The notes under the pieces: model-generated
The model's input: the letters and a program-made list of their open reading frames with translations, nothing else
Told to the model about the DNA's origin: nothing
The model's database searches: none
Shown: positions 10,866 to 21,208 of the stretch, one piece after another
How the letters are laid out: the number at the start of each line of letters is the position of its first letter
Position numbering within the stretch: position 1 is the first letter of the stretch
Assembly: GCA_023473585.1 (NCBI GenBank)
Contig: JAMCYU010000004.1
Coordinates: 1,682 to 65,681, forward strand
DNA: 64,000 bases
Direction: 5' to 3'
DNA from: Patescibacteria group bacterium
GTDB taxonomy: Bacteria > Patescibacteriota > Microgenomatia > JAMCYU01
Made by a program: the position numbers and the translations under genes

Positions 10866-11333
10866 ATGAACATAAGACACGAAACAGAAACTGGACAATC
10901 CGGACAAAGACGAAAACCTGTATTGCCAGGTTTTCCTCTATCTCCCAGAAAACCAGGAACTGGAGAAGCCCTTCCTAGTCGCCAAAGTCTTAGAGAAAAT
11001 AATGTTATTTTAAGAATATATATGCCGGCTTATGGGCAAATTGCCCAAAGGCTGACGGAAGAAGGGTTGGGAAAATACAGCGTAAGAGAAACAAGAGAAC
11101 AAATTACTCCTTATGGGCAACCTTTAACAAATCCTCTTTTGGTTGTGGTTCGCTTCCGAGGTCAGAAAGATTGGGGACCATTTTGGCAGGTAGCTTATCC
11201 GACAAAAAGAGCCATTGATGAAGCCTATAGGCAAGGCAAAGGACAATCAGAGATCAATAAAATAGTTGAGGAGAGGATACAAGTAGGAATCAAATCAGTA
11301 GCAACACTGCAACAAACGAGGAAATCAATATAG
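10866..11333 (+). CDS. Hypothetical protein
   Basis: 155-aa ORF with a TTGACA/TATAAT promoter at about 10790-10817. Confidence 0.65.
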   Translation: MNIRHETETGQSGQRRKPVLPGFPLSPRKPGTGEALPSRQSLRENNVILRIYMPAYGQIAQRLTEEGLGKYSVRETREQITPYGQPLTNPLLVVVRFRGQKDWGPFWQVAYPTKRAIDEAYRQGKGQSEINKIVEERIQVGIKSVATLQQTRKSI

Positions 11334-11421
11334 ATTCGGTTTATAAAAACCTTCCCAACTAAATTTTAAAGCCACTCTTCTTCGAAATTCTTATACTTAC
11401 AGAATGTTTTTCCTCCACCTT

Positions 11422-11449
11422 TGATATCATGATTTAAATCATAGTATCG
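11422..11449. repeat. 28-bp palindrome, copy 2
   Basis: TGATATCATGA-TTTAAA-TCATAGTATCG. Confidence 0.9.
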
Positions 11450-11491
11450 GGAGAGTTGATGTCCTGCTGTTTTTATGGTATAAGATTTGGC

Positions 11492-11884
11492 GTGACTGAT
11501 CTTGAAAACGAAACTGCTCCTCGTCAGGTAAAATATGCTCTTTTTGCCCATGAAAGGGGAACCGATTACTATGTTTTAGTTACAGAGAATGGGAATTTGC
11601 TGGCGTGCGGCCAGGAATTGATAGAGAGGCTTAGATTTTCCGAGAGTTTAATTTCTTTTGATACAGTTGCTGAAAATATACTTAAACAACAAGAAGAAGC
11701 TGAAAGAATGAAGATAGTTCCACCGGGTACCGTACCAGATCACTTTGCAAGACAAATAAAGGGTCTTCTTGAAGATGCTCTTCGCCTTCTGGATTTGCCG
11801 CCCAAGGAAAATGTTGACTTTTTCAGTTTACCGCAAGATATTGTAGAAACCCTTCATTGGACCCCAAGACAAAAAACGAAATAA
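11492..11884 (+). CDS. Hypothetical protein
   Basis: ORF, likely GTG start after TATAAG. Confidence 0.6.
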   Translation: MTDLENETAPRQVKYALFAHERGTDYYVLVTENGNLLACGQELIERLRFSESLISFDTVAENILKQQEEAERMKIVPPGTVPDHFARQIKGLLEDALRLLDLPPKENVDFFSLPQDIVETLHWTPRQKTK

Positions 11885-11909
11885 ATTATCTCATTAATTC
11901 ACCTTGTTT

Positions 11910-11937
11910 TGATACCATGATTTAAATCATGGTATCA
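11910..11937. repeat. 28-bp palindrome, copy 3 (perfect)
   Basis: TGATACCATGA-TTTAAA-TCATGGTATCA. Confidence 0.9.
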
Positions 11938-12163
11938 GGAATCTTCCTTGGGATTCTCCGGATCAAAATCCACAAGGCCGAAGCCTGAGCCCTTTTTAGT
12001 TAGTTTATACTTTATGGTTCTTGACACCCTATAGAAAATTATGTTAATGTTGGTCTTGTGAAAAACTATTGGGAAAAAATTAGTATTTCACGAAAAAACA
12101 AATTAAAGATCCGCCAGTGGGCGGATTTTTAATGGAAATTTTTAAAAAGAGAGGGGGTGAAAA

Positions 12164-12754
12164 ATGAAAAAGATTCTAACAATTATAACTTCTTTTGTTC
12201 TCTTGACAGTGTTTGCTGCGGGATCAGTTTATGCCAAAGAAAGTTGCGCAACCATCAAAGACGGAACAATAACTGACAGTGCAGGCAATCCTGTTGTTTC
12301 TGGTTATGATAAATATGGCTATAACTATCAAGCACACATGTTTAATGGGACCTATGATAGTTCAGACAGGAAGATAGACGGAACTTACTGGGGAGACACT
12401 GGTGACTATGTAGACGACAAGTTAATGATGAAGTGGAGCGATGCTTGGCTAGCTAATGTCGATTGTGATGGAGACCATAAGCTAGATCGAGGATTAGTTG
12501 ATGGAGTAGTTAGGGGAATAAGCATGGGATGGTTGACAAACCATGTTGTAGGAGATTACACCGATGCAGAGGGAAACCCTCAAAACTATACAGACTTTGT
12601 AAAGATTGTATGGACAGGACCAGGAAGTCCGCTTTGGGGTCAATACACCATAATTCAAGAGGTATTGAATGATCCGTCGGCAGGTCATAACGGACTATTT
12701 AGTAAAATTGGGACACCAGGATTCGGTCTAAATGACCACTGGACTACTCTTTAG
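12164..12754 (+). CDS. Secreted hypothetical protein
   Basis: Signal peptide, GGGGGTGA RBS, G/D/Y-rich mature region. Confidence 0.75.
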   Translation: MKKILTIITSFVLLTVFAAGSVYAKESCATIKDGTITDSAGNPVVSGYDKYGYNYQAHMFNGTYDSSDRKIDGTYWGDTGDYVDDKLMMKWSDAWLANVDCDGDHKLDRGLVDGVVRGISMGWLTNHVVGDYTDAEGNPQNYTDFVKIVWTGPGSPLWGQYTIIQEVLNDPSAGHNGLFSKIGTPGFGLNDHWTTL

Positions 12755-12855
12755 TCTGATTATTCAAATAACCCATTGAAAGAAATTTCGGTAGGTTGTT
12801 TGTTTTATGCTTTCGCAAATTTTATAATTGATTGTGGCTTCTTTAAAAAAAATTC

Positions 12856-13884
12856 ATGAAAAAGATTTTGTTTTTAACGAGACTTTTTTATCCGCATATC
12901 GGTGGGGTAGAGAAACATGTGCGCGAAGTAGGCAAGCGATTAGAAGAAAAAGGATATAGCGTCAGTATTATTGCAGAAGGAAGAGATGAAAAAATTGCTA
13001 GTAAAGATGGATTAAAAATCTACCATATCCCGATTTCTAGAAATGAAAAACTTAAGAAATTTCAGATTTGGGTTTGGCTTTTTAAAAACAGAAGACTAAT
13101 CGAAGAAGCCGATATCGTTCACGCTCATGACGTTGCCTTTTGGTATTTCCTTTGCCGTTTTTTATATCCCAGAAAACGATTTTTCGTTACCTTTCATGGA
13201 TATGAACAGTATCCAATCTCAAAGAAGGCAATTTTCATAAGAAAAATCTCCGAAAAAATAGCCAAGGGAAATATCTGCATTGGTAATTATATTCCCAAAT
13301 GGTATGGAACAAAACCCAGTTATTTGATTTGCGGAGCAACAGACATTTCTTCTGATTTGGCGTTACCTAATAATAATCAGGCTGTTTTTATAGGCAGACT
13401 TGATAAAGGGACAACGATCATGGCCTATCTTGAAGCTTTAAAATACCTTAAACAAAAGGGGGTGGCCATCAATTTAACTATTTGTGCTGATGGTCCATTC
13501 AGAAAAAAAGCAGAGGATTATATTAAAAAACACGGACTTGAAGTTAAAATTTTAGGCTTTGTCTCTAACCCGGAAAAATATTTAGCCAAAGCTCATTTTG
13601 CCTTTGTTTCCAGTTATTTAGCTATCTTAGAGGCGATGGCAGCTAAAAAACCCGTTTTTGCTGTTTATAATAATCCTTTAGAAAAAGATTATTTAGGATT
13701 AACTCCTTTTAGTCGGTGGATTATAAGTGAAGAAGATTCTGAAAAACTTGCCGACAAAATAAAACAATCTTTGTCTAATCCCATGATAGACAAGAAAAAT
13801 ATTGAAGGTGGTTTTAATTGGGCTAAAGATCAAACTTGGGAAAAAATGACTAATCTTTATCTTAAACTTTGGGGTTTACCATGA
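12856..13884 (+). CDS. Family 4 glycosyltransferase
   Basis: PHIGGVE, VHAH, FIGRL and LEAMA motifs. Confidence 0.9.
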   Translation: MKKILFLTRLFYPHIGGVEKHVREVGKRLEEKGYSVSIIAEGRDEKIASKDGLKIYHIPISRNEKLKKFQIWVWLFKNRRLIEEADIVHAHDVAFWYFLCRFLYPRKRFFVTFHGYEQYPISKKAIFIRKISEKIAKGNICIGNYIPKWYGTKPSYLICGATDISSDLALPNNNQAVFIGRLDKGTTIMAYLEALKYLKQKGVAINLTICADGPFRKKAEDYIKKHGLEVKILGFVSNPEKYLAKAHFAFVSSYLAILEAMAAKKPVFAVYNNPLEKDYLGLTPFSRWIISEEDSEKLADKIKQSLSNPMIDKKNIEGGFNWAKDQTWEKMTNLYLKLWGLP

Positions 13885-14834
13885 AAATTTCGTTTATTAC
13901 GACCGTTTTGAATGAGGAGAAGACGATTGATCTTCTTTTTAATTCTTTGCTTTTACAAACCGAAAAGCCGGAAGAGGTCGTGATTGTTGACGGCGGATCA
14001 AAAGACAGAACGTTACAGATATTGGAAAAGAGGAATTGGAAATTAGCTAAACAGGGGATTAAGGTTTTAATTATCGTTAAAAAAGGGAATCGGGCGGTCG
14101 GCCGCAATGAGGCCGTAAGACAGGCAACAGGCGAAGTTATCGCCCTAACTGACGCCGGTTGTGAGCTTGACCGTAATTTTTTAAAGCAGATCACCGGTCC
14201 TTTCGGCAATCCGAAAGTCGAAGTTGTCGCCGGTTATTACAAGGCCAAGACAAAAACGATTTTTGAAAAATGCGTTGTTCCTTTTGTTTTGGTCATGCCC
14301 GACAAACTTAAACCGGAAAGTTTTTTACCTTCTTCAAGGTCCATGGCCATTAAAAGAAATCTTTTTCTTAAACTGGGTGGTTTCCCCGAAGAATGTTCCG
14401 ATAACGAAGATTATGTTTTTGCCCAAAGATTAGTCAAAAAAGGGATAAAAATTCATTTTGCCAAAAACGCCTTGGTTTATTGGCTGCCCAGAACCAATTT
14501 ATTTTCCTTTTTCCTCATGATTTATCGTTTTGCCAGAGGCGATGCACAAGCCCGTTTAAGGCGTAAAAAGGTCTTGACCGTTTACTTGCGTTATCTCCTC
14601 GGGCTTATTTTTCTGGTTTTATATTTTCTTCCTTTCAAAAAACCAATCCGTCTCGATTTAATTTTTCTTTTCTTAATTTTTGCTTATTTTCTCTGGTCGA
14701 TTAAGAAAAATTACCGTTACGTTAAGCATTGGCTGGCTTTTCTTTATTTACCCCTTTTGCAAATAACGGCTGACTTAGGAGTTATGACTGGGTCGTTGAG
14801 AGGATTTTTTAAAAAAAGAGTAAAATTAAGTTAA
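13881..14834 (+). CDS. Family 2 glycosyltransferase
   Basis: VDGGSKD, GRNEA and TDAG motifs; C-terminal TM helices. Confidence 0.9.
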   Translation: MKISFITTVLNEEKTIDLLFNSLLLQTEKPEEVVIVDGGSKDRTLQILEKRNWKLAKQGIKVLIIVKKGNRAVGRNEAVRQATGEVIALTDAGCELDRNFLKQITGPFGNPKVEVVAGYYKAKTKTIFEKCVVPFVLVMPDKLKPESFLPSSRSMAIKRNLFLKLGGFPEECSDNEDYVFAQRLVKKGIKIHFAKNALVYWLPRTNLFSFFLMIYRFARGDAQARLRRKKVLTVYLRYLLGLIFLVLYFLPFKKPIRLDLIFLFLIFAYFLWSIKKNYRYVKHWLAFLYLPLLQITADLGVMTGSLRGFFKKRVKLS

Positions 14835-14839
14835 AGTTA

Positions 14840-15601
14840 ATGATATCAGCCATTATCCTAACGAAAAACGAAGAAAAAAATCTTGAAGACTGTTTAAAAA
14901 GTCTTGCCTGGTGTGACGAAATTATAGTGGTGGATGACTACTCACAAGATGAGACGGAAAAGATTTTGAAAAAGTTTCAGGTAGCAAGTATCAAGTATCA
15001 AGTACACCAAAGGCATCTTGATGGGGATTTTGCGAGGCAGAGAAATTTCGGGTTAGAGAAGGCGACAGGGGAATGGGTTTTATTTGTTGACGCCGATGAA
15101 AGAGTTTCTCCAACGCTTCGTGAAGAAATAATTAAAGAAATTAATGATCCTCAAAATAAATTTAACGGTTTTTTCCTAAAACGACGCGATTTTCTTTTCG
15201 GCAAGTGGCTGGAGTATGGAGAGACAAGCAAGGTTAAACTTTTAAGATTGGCCAAAAGGGGGACGGGGAATTGGCAAAGACCCGTACACGAAATTTGGCA
15301 AGTTAATGGCCCGGTCTCTACCCTCGCCTCTCCCCTTTTGCATTTTCCGCATCCCACCGTCACGGAATTTTTAAAAGACCTCAATTTCTATACCGATTTA
15401 AACGCGCAAGCTTTTTACAAAGAAGGAGTCAAAGTTGACTTTTGGCAGATTATTATTTATCCGTTGATTAAATTTATGAAGAACTATTTTTTTCTTTTGG
15501 GTTTTTTAGACGGAACAGCGGGTTTGTTGCAGGCGATGTTTATGAGTTTTCATTCGTTTATGACGCGAGGTAAATTGTGGCAGTTATGGCAAAAGCGTTA
15601 A
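14840..15601 (+). CDS. Family 2 glycosyltransferase
   Basis: VDDYS, QRN, DADE and VHE motifs. Confidence 0.9.
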   Translation: MISAIILTKNEEKNLEDCLKSLAWCDEIIVVDDYSQDETEKILKKFQVASIKYQVHQRHLDGDFARQRNFGLEKATGEWVLFVDADERVSPTLREEIIKEINDPQNKFNGFFLKRRDFLFGKWLEYGETSKVKLLRLAKRGTGNWQRPVHEIWQVNGPVSTLASPLLHFPHPTVTEFLKDLNFYTDLNAQAFYKEGVKVDFWQIIIYPLIKFMKNYFFLLGFLDGTAGLLQAMFMSFHSFMTRGKLWQLWQKR

Positions 15602-16785
15602 AAATCCTTATTTTTTGTCTTTTTTTCTTTCTGCCGTTTGGTCAATTGACCAAAGTGCCCCTGGGAGTAACGGAAGTTTCTCTTTATTTTCAGGATATTA
15701 TTATTGTTTTTCTTGTTTTGTTTTATTTAACAGGGTTAATTTTTAAAAAAATTCCCCGGCCAAAAGCTCTGCTTACCAAACCGCTTTTAATTTTTGGCAG
15801 CATCGGGCTGATCTCGCTTTTTTTCAATCTCGGCAATTATTCCGTAAGAGAAATCGGTATTGCTTCTCTTTATCTTTGGCGCTGGCTTTTCTATTTTGGT
15901 CTTTACTTTGTGATTGGGGAATTGGCAGGCAAAAATAAAAACGAAGCGGAGCAGTTTAAATCGGGCTTAATCCTGGCAGGGACGGCGACGGCTTTTTTGG
16001 GTCTTGCTCAGTATTTCTTATATCCTAATTTGCGCAATTTAGCGTATTTAGGCTGGGACCCGCACTTTTATCGGAGCTTCGGGACTTTTCTGGATCCTAA
16101 TTTCTTGGGTCTTTTTTTGGTTTTAACTTTAATTATGGTTTTCTTTCGGCTCGAGGATGAATCTAAACGTGGTAACATGTTAACACGATACGCGATGATT
16201 TTGGGGCTTATTCTCTGTTATTTGGTTTTGGCTTTAACTTACTCCCGCAGCAGTTATTTGGCTTTTTTGGCGGCCGGAGTCGTGATTGCCCGGTTTAAGA
16301 AGTCTTTAAAATTTTTACTCGGACTCGTTTTAATCGGCCTTTTAACGGTTCTTTTTCTGCCCCGACCGGAAGGCAGTCTCGGGGTTAAACTGGAAAGGGA
16401 AGACACCATTCGCGCCAGAATCATCAATTGGCAGCAATCTTTAACGATTTTTAAAGGTAGTCCTCTTTTGGGAGTCGGTTTTAACACTTATCGTTACGCG
16501 CAAAGGAATTACGGATATCTACAGGAAAACTGGCAGGAAAGTCATGCCGGGGGAGGAGCTGACGCGAGTCTTCTTTTGGTTTTGGCGACAACGGGAACGA
16601 TCGGTTTTTTAAATTTCGGTTATCTTATCTTACAAATCCTTAAATATCACCTTAAAAAAAAGAACGTGGTTCTCCTTGCCAGTTTAGCCGCGGTTTTTAT
16701 TCATTCTTTCTTTGCCAATAGTCTCTTTTATCCCGAAATTACGATTTGGCTCATGTTTCTTTTAGGTCTTACGGAGAATAATTAA
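15586..16785 (+). CDS. O-antigen ligase/Wzy_C family membrane protein
   Basis: GTFLDPN, TYSRSS and PLLGVG motifs; multi-TM. Confidence 0.85.
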   Translation: MAKALKILIFCLFFFLPFGQLTKVPLGVTEVSLYFQDIIIVFLVLFYLTGLIFKKIPRPKALLTKPLLIFGSIGLISLFFNLGNYSVREIGIASLYLWRWLFYFGLYFVIGELAGKNKNEAEQFKSGLILAGTATAFLGLAQYFLYPNLRNLAYLGWDPHFYRSFGTFLDPNFLGLFLVLTLIMVFFRLEDESKRGNMLTRYAMILGLILCYLVLALTYSRSSYLAFLAAGVVIARFKKSLKFLLGLVLIGLLTVLFLPRPEGSLGVKLEREDTIRARIINWQQSLTIFKGSPLLGVGFNTYRYAQRNYGYLQENWQESHAGGGADASLLLVLATTGTIGFLNFGYLILQILKYHLKKKNVVLLASLAAVFIHSFFANSLFYPEITIWLMFLLGLTENN

Positions 16786-17482
16786 CTTTTTTTTCAACCG
16801 TGGTTTGATTGCCGGCTTTATCGGTGGCGATAATCTTTAAAAGATTTTCCCCGGAATTTAAAGGGTAGGAATAAGAAAAACTGCCGTCATTTTTAACCAT
16901 GACAAAGCGGTTATTAACGGTCACGACGGTTTCCGTATCGGTTAAACCGACAATCGATGCGTTTTTCTTCTCGCCGCTAAAATTTTCTCCATCATTGGGC
17001 TGGGTAATTTCCAATTTAGGCGGCGTTTTTTTATAGATAATAATTAAAGGATCGGCCGGTTGGCTTTGATTATTAGCCGCATCTTTAGCCTGAGCGGTGA
17101 TTTTATTTTCTCCCTCCGAAAGGTTTATGTTTGGGAGAATGAAGTTGCCGTCATTGCCGATCAGAATTTTTTTGAAAGTTAGGCCGTTAAGAAAAATTTC
17201 CACCGAAGTATTGGGTTCAGCGTAGCCGCTGATGGTGATCGTAGCGCTGTTTGTCGCCGTATAAGGGGCCTCAAGACGCGGGGTATAAGGCGGAGTCGTG
17301 TCTTGTGTCAGGTCGCTGCCCCCTCGTAAATTAGCCATAAAAAGGCTGAATTCTCTTAAAGCCGGAATCCCTAAAAAAAGGAAAGAAACGAGGATGATAA
17401 TGGTGCCCAGGACACTAAAAATAATCCGGCGATAGGCTCTCCGTTCTTCAAAACGCGCCAATCTTGAGATGGGTTTTCTCAT
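16769..17482 (-). CDS. Membrane-anchored Ig-like domain protein
   Basis: N-terminal TM; two beta-sandwich repeats ending DAANN and DKAGN. Confidence 0.8.
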   Translation of the reverse strand: MRKPISRLARFEERRAYRRIIFSVLGTIIILVSFLFLGIPALREFSLFMANLRGGSDLTQDTTPPYTPRLEAPYTATNSATITISGYAEPNTSVEIFLNGLTFKKILIGNDGNFILPNINLSEGENKITAQAKDAANNQSQPADPLIIIYKKTPPKLEITQPNDGENFSGEKKNASIVGLTDTETVVTVNNRFVMVKNDGSFSYSYPLNSGENLLKIIATDKAGNQTTVEKKVNYSP

Positions 17483-17515
17483 AGTAAAAAGCGTTGCCCC
17501 GCCTGCCAAAGCTTG

Positions 17516-17588
17516 AGCCGCCTCTGGGAGTCGAACCCAGGACCTCTACTTTACGAAAGTATTGCTCTACCAACTGAGCTAAGGCGGC
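17516..17588 (-). tRNA. tRNA-Thr(CGT)
   Basis: GCCGCCT/AGGCGGC acceptor; anticodon loop TTCGTAA. Confidence 0.93.
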
Positions 17589-17703
17589 AACTTGATATTA
17601 TTTTACTCTAAAAGGAAACATAAATTCAAATAAAAGTGCCGAAAGTATTTATCAACCGACAGCAGAAGATTTAAAAGGCAAGTAAATCTTATCCTTCACG
17701 ATA

Positions 17704-18048
17704 TTATCTTTTCTCGCTTTTTAAAGAATTTAAAAACCAAGAAACAAGACTAAGAACCAAACTGAAGATGATGGCGGTGCCGATATTGCTGACGAAAAAT
17801 CCCGGGACGATGGCGCTTGCCAAAATAACCATAAGTCCGTTTAAAATTAAAATAAACAAGCCCAGGGTCATAATGGTAATGGGCAAAGTTAACAAAACCA
17901 GAATAGGTTTAATAATGGTGTTGGCAATACCCAAAACAACGCTGACCATAATGGCTGAGAAAAAATCTCTAATAACAACCCCTGGAAGAATTTGGGAAGT
18001 AATAAAAACCGCTAAACCATTAACTAATAAATTTAAGAACAGTCTCAT
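17704..18048 (-). CDS. YvlD/DUF360 (phage holin 4-like) membrane protein
   Basis: KPIL..LTLP.TI.TLGLF..ILNG motif. Confidence 0.9.
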   Translation of the reverse strand: MRLFLNLLVNGLAVFITSQILPGVVIRDFFSAIMVSVVLGIANTIIKPILVLLTLPITIMTLGLFILILNGLMVILASAIVPGFFVSNIGTAIIFSLVLSLVSWFLNSLKSEKR

Positions 18049-18079
18049 GAAATTAAAATAGCAGATTAGTTAACTAACG

Positions 18080-19161
18080 TCAATTGCTTTTTGATTCCTG
18101 ATAACCCGCGACTCTTTCGTAAAGTGGCCTTCCCGGACAAGGAGTAAACAAGACCGTATCTACTTGAAGACCGAAATCTCGAGAAATTAAAGAACTAATT
18201 TCTCCCGCGAGTTCTCGGTTTTTAATTCTTAAAATTCCCCCGCGGTGGCAAAAACCCGTGCAGCCGTTTTCGGCATAAATACCCAAAACAACCGGTTTTC
18301 TTTCTTTGCTTTTTAGACCTGTACGAGGCGCCACAAACAACGGCAAGGTTTCAATAAATCCGTTAACCCTTAAGGGATAATAAACAACTAAATCCTGTGT
18401 TTCTGTTTTGTATCCTTGTATAAATTCTTCAGCGGAAACTCTTTGATAAGGGAAATCAGGCCGACAAGTTTTTCTCTGATCGACAAATCCCGGTTTAGCC
18501 TCTAATTCTTCCCAAACTTCCAGATATGATTTTTGGCTTGAAAAAGTATGAATGTAAATATCGAGATATGAAACACCCTTCTTTTTTAGAGCTAATTCCA
18601 GTTTCTTTTCGTAAGCAAGCCACCAGTTATAGGAAAGCTTGTACCAAAAATAATGGTTACCTCTTTGCGACGAAAGTAATCCCCGGATATGAGGGAAAAA
18701 ATGATCGAGTAAGTCAATTTTTCCTCCTTGAGCGATAAAGGATTGAAGTTTGGGAATTGATGGTAAAGCATCAATCTGCCCAATATACGTATGTCTTGAA
18801 AAGGTTTCTTTAGGACTATAAGGTCTTGCGGTGACCATAAACTGCAGAGGAGAACCGTCAATTTCCAAATCAAGAACGGTTATCGGGGAACATGGGCGCC
18901 ACGGTATACATAAGCCTCACGATCGTCAGGCAGTTCCCTCATTCCTGCGGAAATCGCAAAGCGCCATGCTTTACGGGTCGGTATTTCCCCAAGGTAAACG
19001 AGACGTTTTTGGAATTGTTCAAAAGGTAAATATTCTCTTGGATCAGGTGCGTAATCCGTACTCCACCAATGAGGAGATGTCTGCTCAATAAGTCCTTTTG
19101 CTTTATACCCCTTAAGGATAGTTAAATAATCTACGCCGTTTGATTCAAATTCTGCGCTCAT
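18080..19161 (-). CDS. Hypothetical protein(s): ORFs 18880-19161 and 18080-18868, possibly one frameshifted gene
   Basis: The second frame is open upstream of its TTG and overlaps the end of the first ORF. Confidence 0.5.
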
Positions 19162-19191
19162 AAAATTGACTACATTTCGACAAGCAAAATG

Positions 19192-19378
19192 CCCAATTGG
19201 AGCTCCTTTTATCAAAAAGCTCGAACTTATTTTACCAAAAATCTGTAACAAATCATAGCGCGTCGGCGGCTGCGGCGAGGAAAAGGGATTTAAGGGGAAA
19301 GGGAATCGCCGCAGCCGCCTCCGCTTTTCGCTCAGCCGCCATTCGGCGGGGCTCTCTTCCCGCAAAATTTTTCGCACC
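19192..19378 (+). repeat. att arm B; inverted copy at 24485-24671, partial copy at 21248-21335
   Basis: About 185-bp near-identical inverted repeat seen directly. Confidence 0.9.
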
Positions 19379-19418
19379 ATTAGAAAATTAAAAACAGGAG
19401 AAGAAAAAAACTATGAAT

Positions 19419-20810
19419 TCAATTATCCTTTATTCGTGGTAAAACTCGCATTAGATCAACCACGTTATCATAATCAGCCAAAGTTAGTAAATTTTCAAAA
19501 TTTTTAATTCCTTCACTTTCTATTCCCATTTCTTGACAAAGTCTTTTTAGAATTTCTTTCATTCTTTTTTCATCGGGATGGACCCTCTTAACCATTTCCT
19601 TAAAAAGATTACGAACTGTTGTCTTTTGGCCTTCATTGGCTGGTTTGGGAAAATTGAAATAAGCTAAGGGAATATCATGGTCTTCCCCTAAGATTTTTTG
19701 AGTAAGATTAACAAATTCTTGATACTCATCATTATAGTCTCTGGCTGGTATGTTAATTGAAGGCTTTTCTTTACCCCATTTTTTCTCCGCCGCTTTTCTA
19801 ATTTTCAAATTCCGAAGGGCTCTTATGATTGGCAAGGAAAATGGACAGACCTTTTCGCAATGACCGCAAAAAAGACAAGAAGCTGGCTTAACCGGTGTTT
19901 TATTATAGACCTCCATCAGCCAATCTTTTGGCCCAAATTTTTCAAAATATCCCTCAAGCCGCAAAAATAAAGTAATGTTGATTCTCGCCGGACAACCGCC
20001 GTCGCGAGTAATACAATAACCGCACGCCCGACAGAAAGGAAGACCGATTTTTTTCACCTCTTTTTTTAATTTCTCCTTATCTTCTTTAGTAAAATTCGGA
20101 TTTTTCAAAACTTCAACCACATCTTCGTTAAGTTCTCTTTCATTTAAAATTCCCGGAATAACAGTGGAAATAGTGGGGTTGATCAAACAAAACCGTATGG
20201 CGGCAGCCGCATTTTTAAAAGTTCCTCCAGCCAAAGGCTTCATCACAATAACGCCAATGTTTTCTTTTTGGCAAAATGGCAAAAGAACTTTGGTTGCCTC
20301 TTGCTCTTTGAAATTAAAATTGACCATTAAAACATCAAAAAGCCCGGTTTTAGCCACTAAAAGAAGGGTTTCAAGATTGTGTCCAGAAACACCGATAAAT
20401 TTAATTTTCCCTTCTTTTTGAGCTTCTTTTAAAGCTTTTAAGGCTCCATTTTGTGAAAGAACCAAATCCAGCATCTTTTTATCTTTAAGATGGTGAATCA
20501 TGTAAAGCTCAATAAAGTCGGTTTGAAGGTTTTTAAGACTTTGGGTGATTTCCTCTTTCATTTCCTTGAAAGTAAGCACCGGACTTTTAGAAGCAATAAT
20601 CCACTCCGAGCGGCAAGATTTAATTATTTTACCGACTTTTAGCTCGGAGTCGGTCCAGGCCCTGGCAGTATCAATAAAGTTTATTCCACATTGGTGAGCT
20701 TTATTAATAATATCAGCCGCCTCTTTAAAGGAAACTCTCTGGATAGGAATTGCCCCAAAACCGATCTCGGAAACTCTTAAATTGGTTCTGCCTAAAATTC
20801 TAAATTTCAC
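19419..20810 (-). CDS. Aldo/keto reductase with 4Fe-4S dicluster and a C-terminal extension
   Basis: IGFG, FIDTA, IGVSGH, MKPLAGG; CxxCxxC..CP twice. Confidence 0.9.
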   Translation of the reverse strand: MKFRILGRTNLRVSEIGFGAIPIQRVSFKEAADIINKAHQCGINFIDTARAWTDSELKVGKIIKSCRSEWIIASKSPVLTFKEMKEEITQSLKNLQTDFIELYMIHHLKDKKMLDLVLSQNGALKALKEAQKEGKIKFIGVSGHNLETLLLVAKTGLFDVLMVNFNFKEQEATKVLLPFCQKENIGVIVMKPLAGGTFKNAAAAIRFCLINPTISTVIPGILNERELNEDVVEVLKNPNFTKEDKEKLKKEVKKIGLPFCRACGYCITRDGGCPARINITLFLRLEGYFEKFGPKDWLMEVYNKTPVKPASCLFCGHCEKVCPFSLPIIRALRNLKIRKAAEKKWGKEKPSINIPARDYNDEYQEFVNLTQKILGEDHDIPLAYFNFPKPANEGQKTTVRNLFKEMVKRVHPDEKRMKEILKRLCQEMGIESEGIKNFENLLTLADYDNVVDLMRVLPRIKDN

Positions 20811-21208
20811 TTTTTTGTTAAAGAGATAACACTACTTATTAAATCAGAAATCTTATCGGTTTTTTGGGCCATTTTTTCTAACTGGCATTGGTTTCCCTTT
20901 TTGTTGTCGTAAATTTTCTCGACAATTTTTTCTGCATATAAAGGAATTTTTCGTTCTTGGCAGAAAACGAGAGCTAAACTACTTGCTAAGAGACTAAAGA
21001 TTTCCTTAACTCCGGAAAAAACAGCAATTTTTGCCGCGGCCAAACCGATTGTTTTATCATAAATAGTTGCCTGTTTAAGAAAACCTTTTTTAGAAGCAAT
21101 GACTAAATCCAAAATCCCTTGATGATTTGATCGAAAAACTACGCTCCGACCGCTTTTAATAATAAGAGTATATTTTCCTTCTTTAATTTGTTGTAAATAT
21201 GTAGTCAT
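20807..21208 (-). CDS. DUF1893 family protein
   Basis: DKTIGLAAA and C.LE motifs; commonly neighbours Fe-S aldo/keto reductases. Confidence 0.75.
   Translation of the reverse strand: MTTYLQQIKEGKYTLIIKSGRSVVFRSNHQGILDLVIASKKGFLKQATIYDKTIGLAAAKIAVFSGVKEIFSLLASSLALVFCQERKIPLYAEKIVEKIYDNKKGNQCQLEKMAQKTDKISDLISSVISLTKK

Noticed and set aside
10747-11937. 28-bp repeats as a CRISPR array or integron attC sites
   Set aside because: Spacers are whole genes of 0.5-0.7 kb; no cas or intI; no RYYYAAC/GTTRRRY boxes
19162-19391. N-terminal extension of ORF 18880-19380, and ORFs at 19197, 21183, 24472 and 24498
   Set aside because: They are read-throughs of the non-coding att arm repeat
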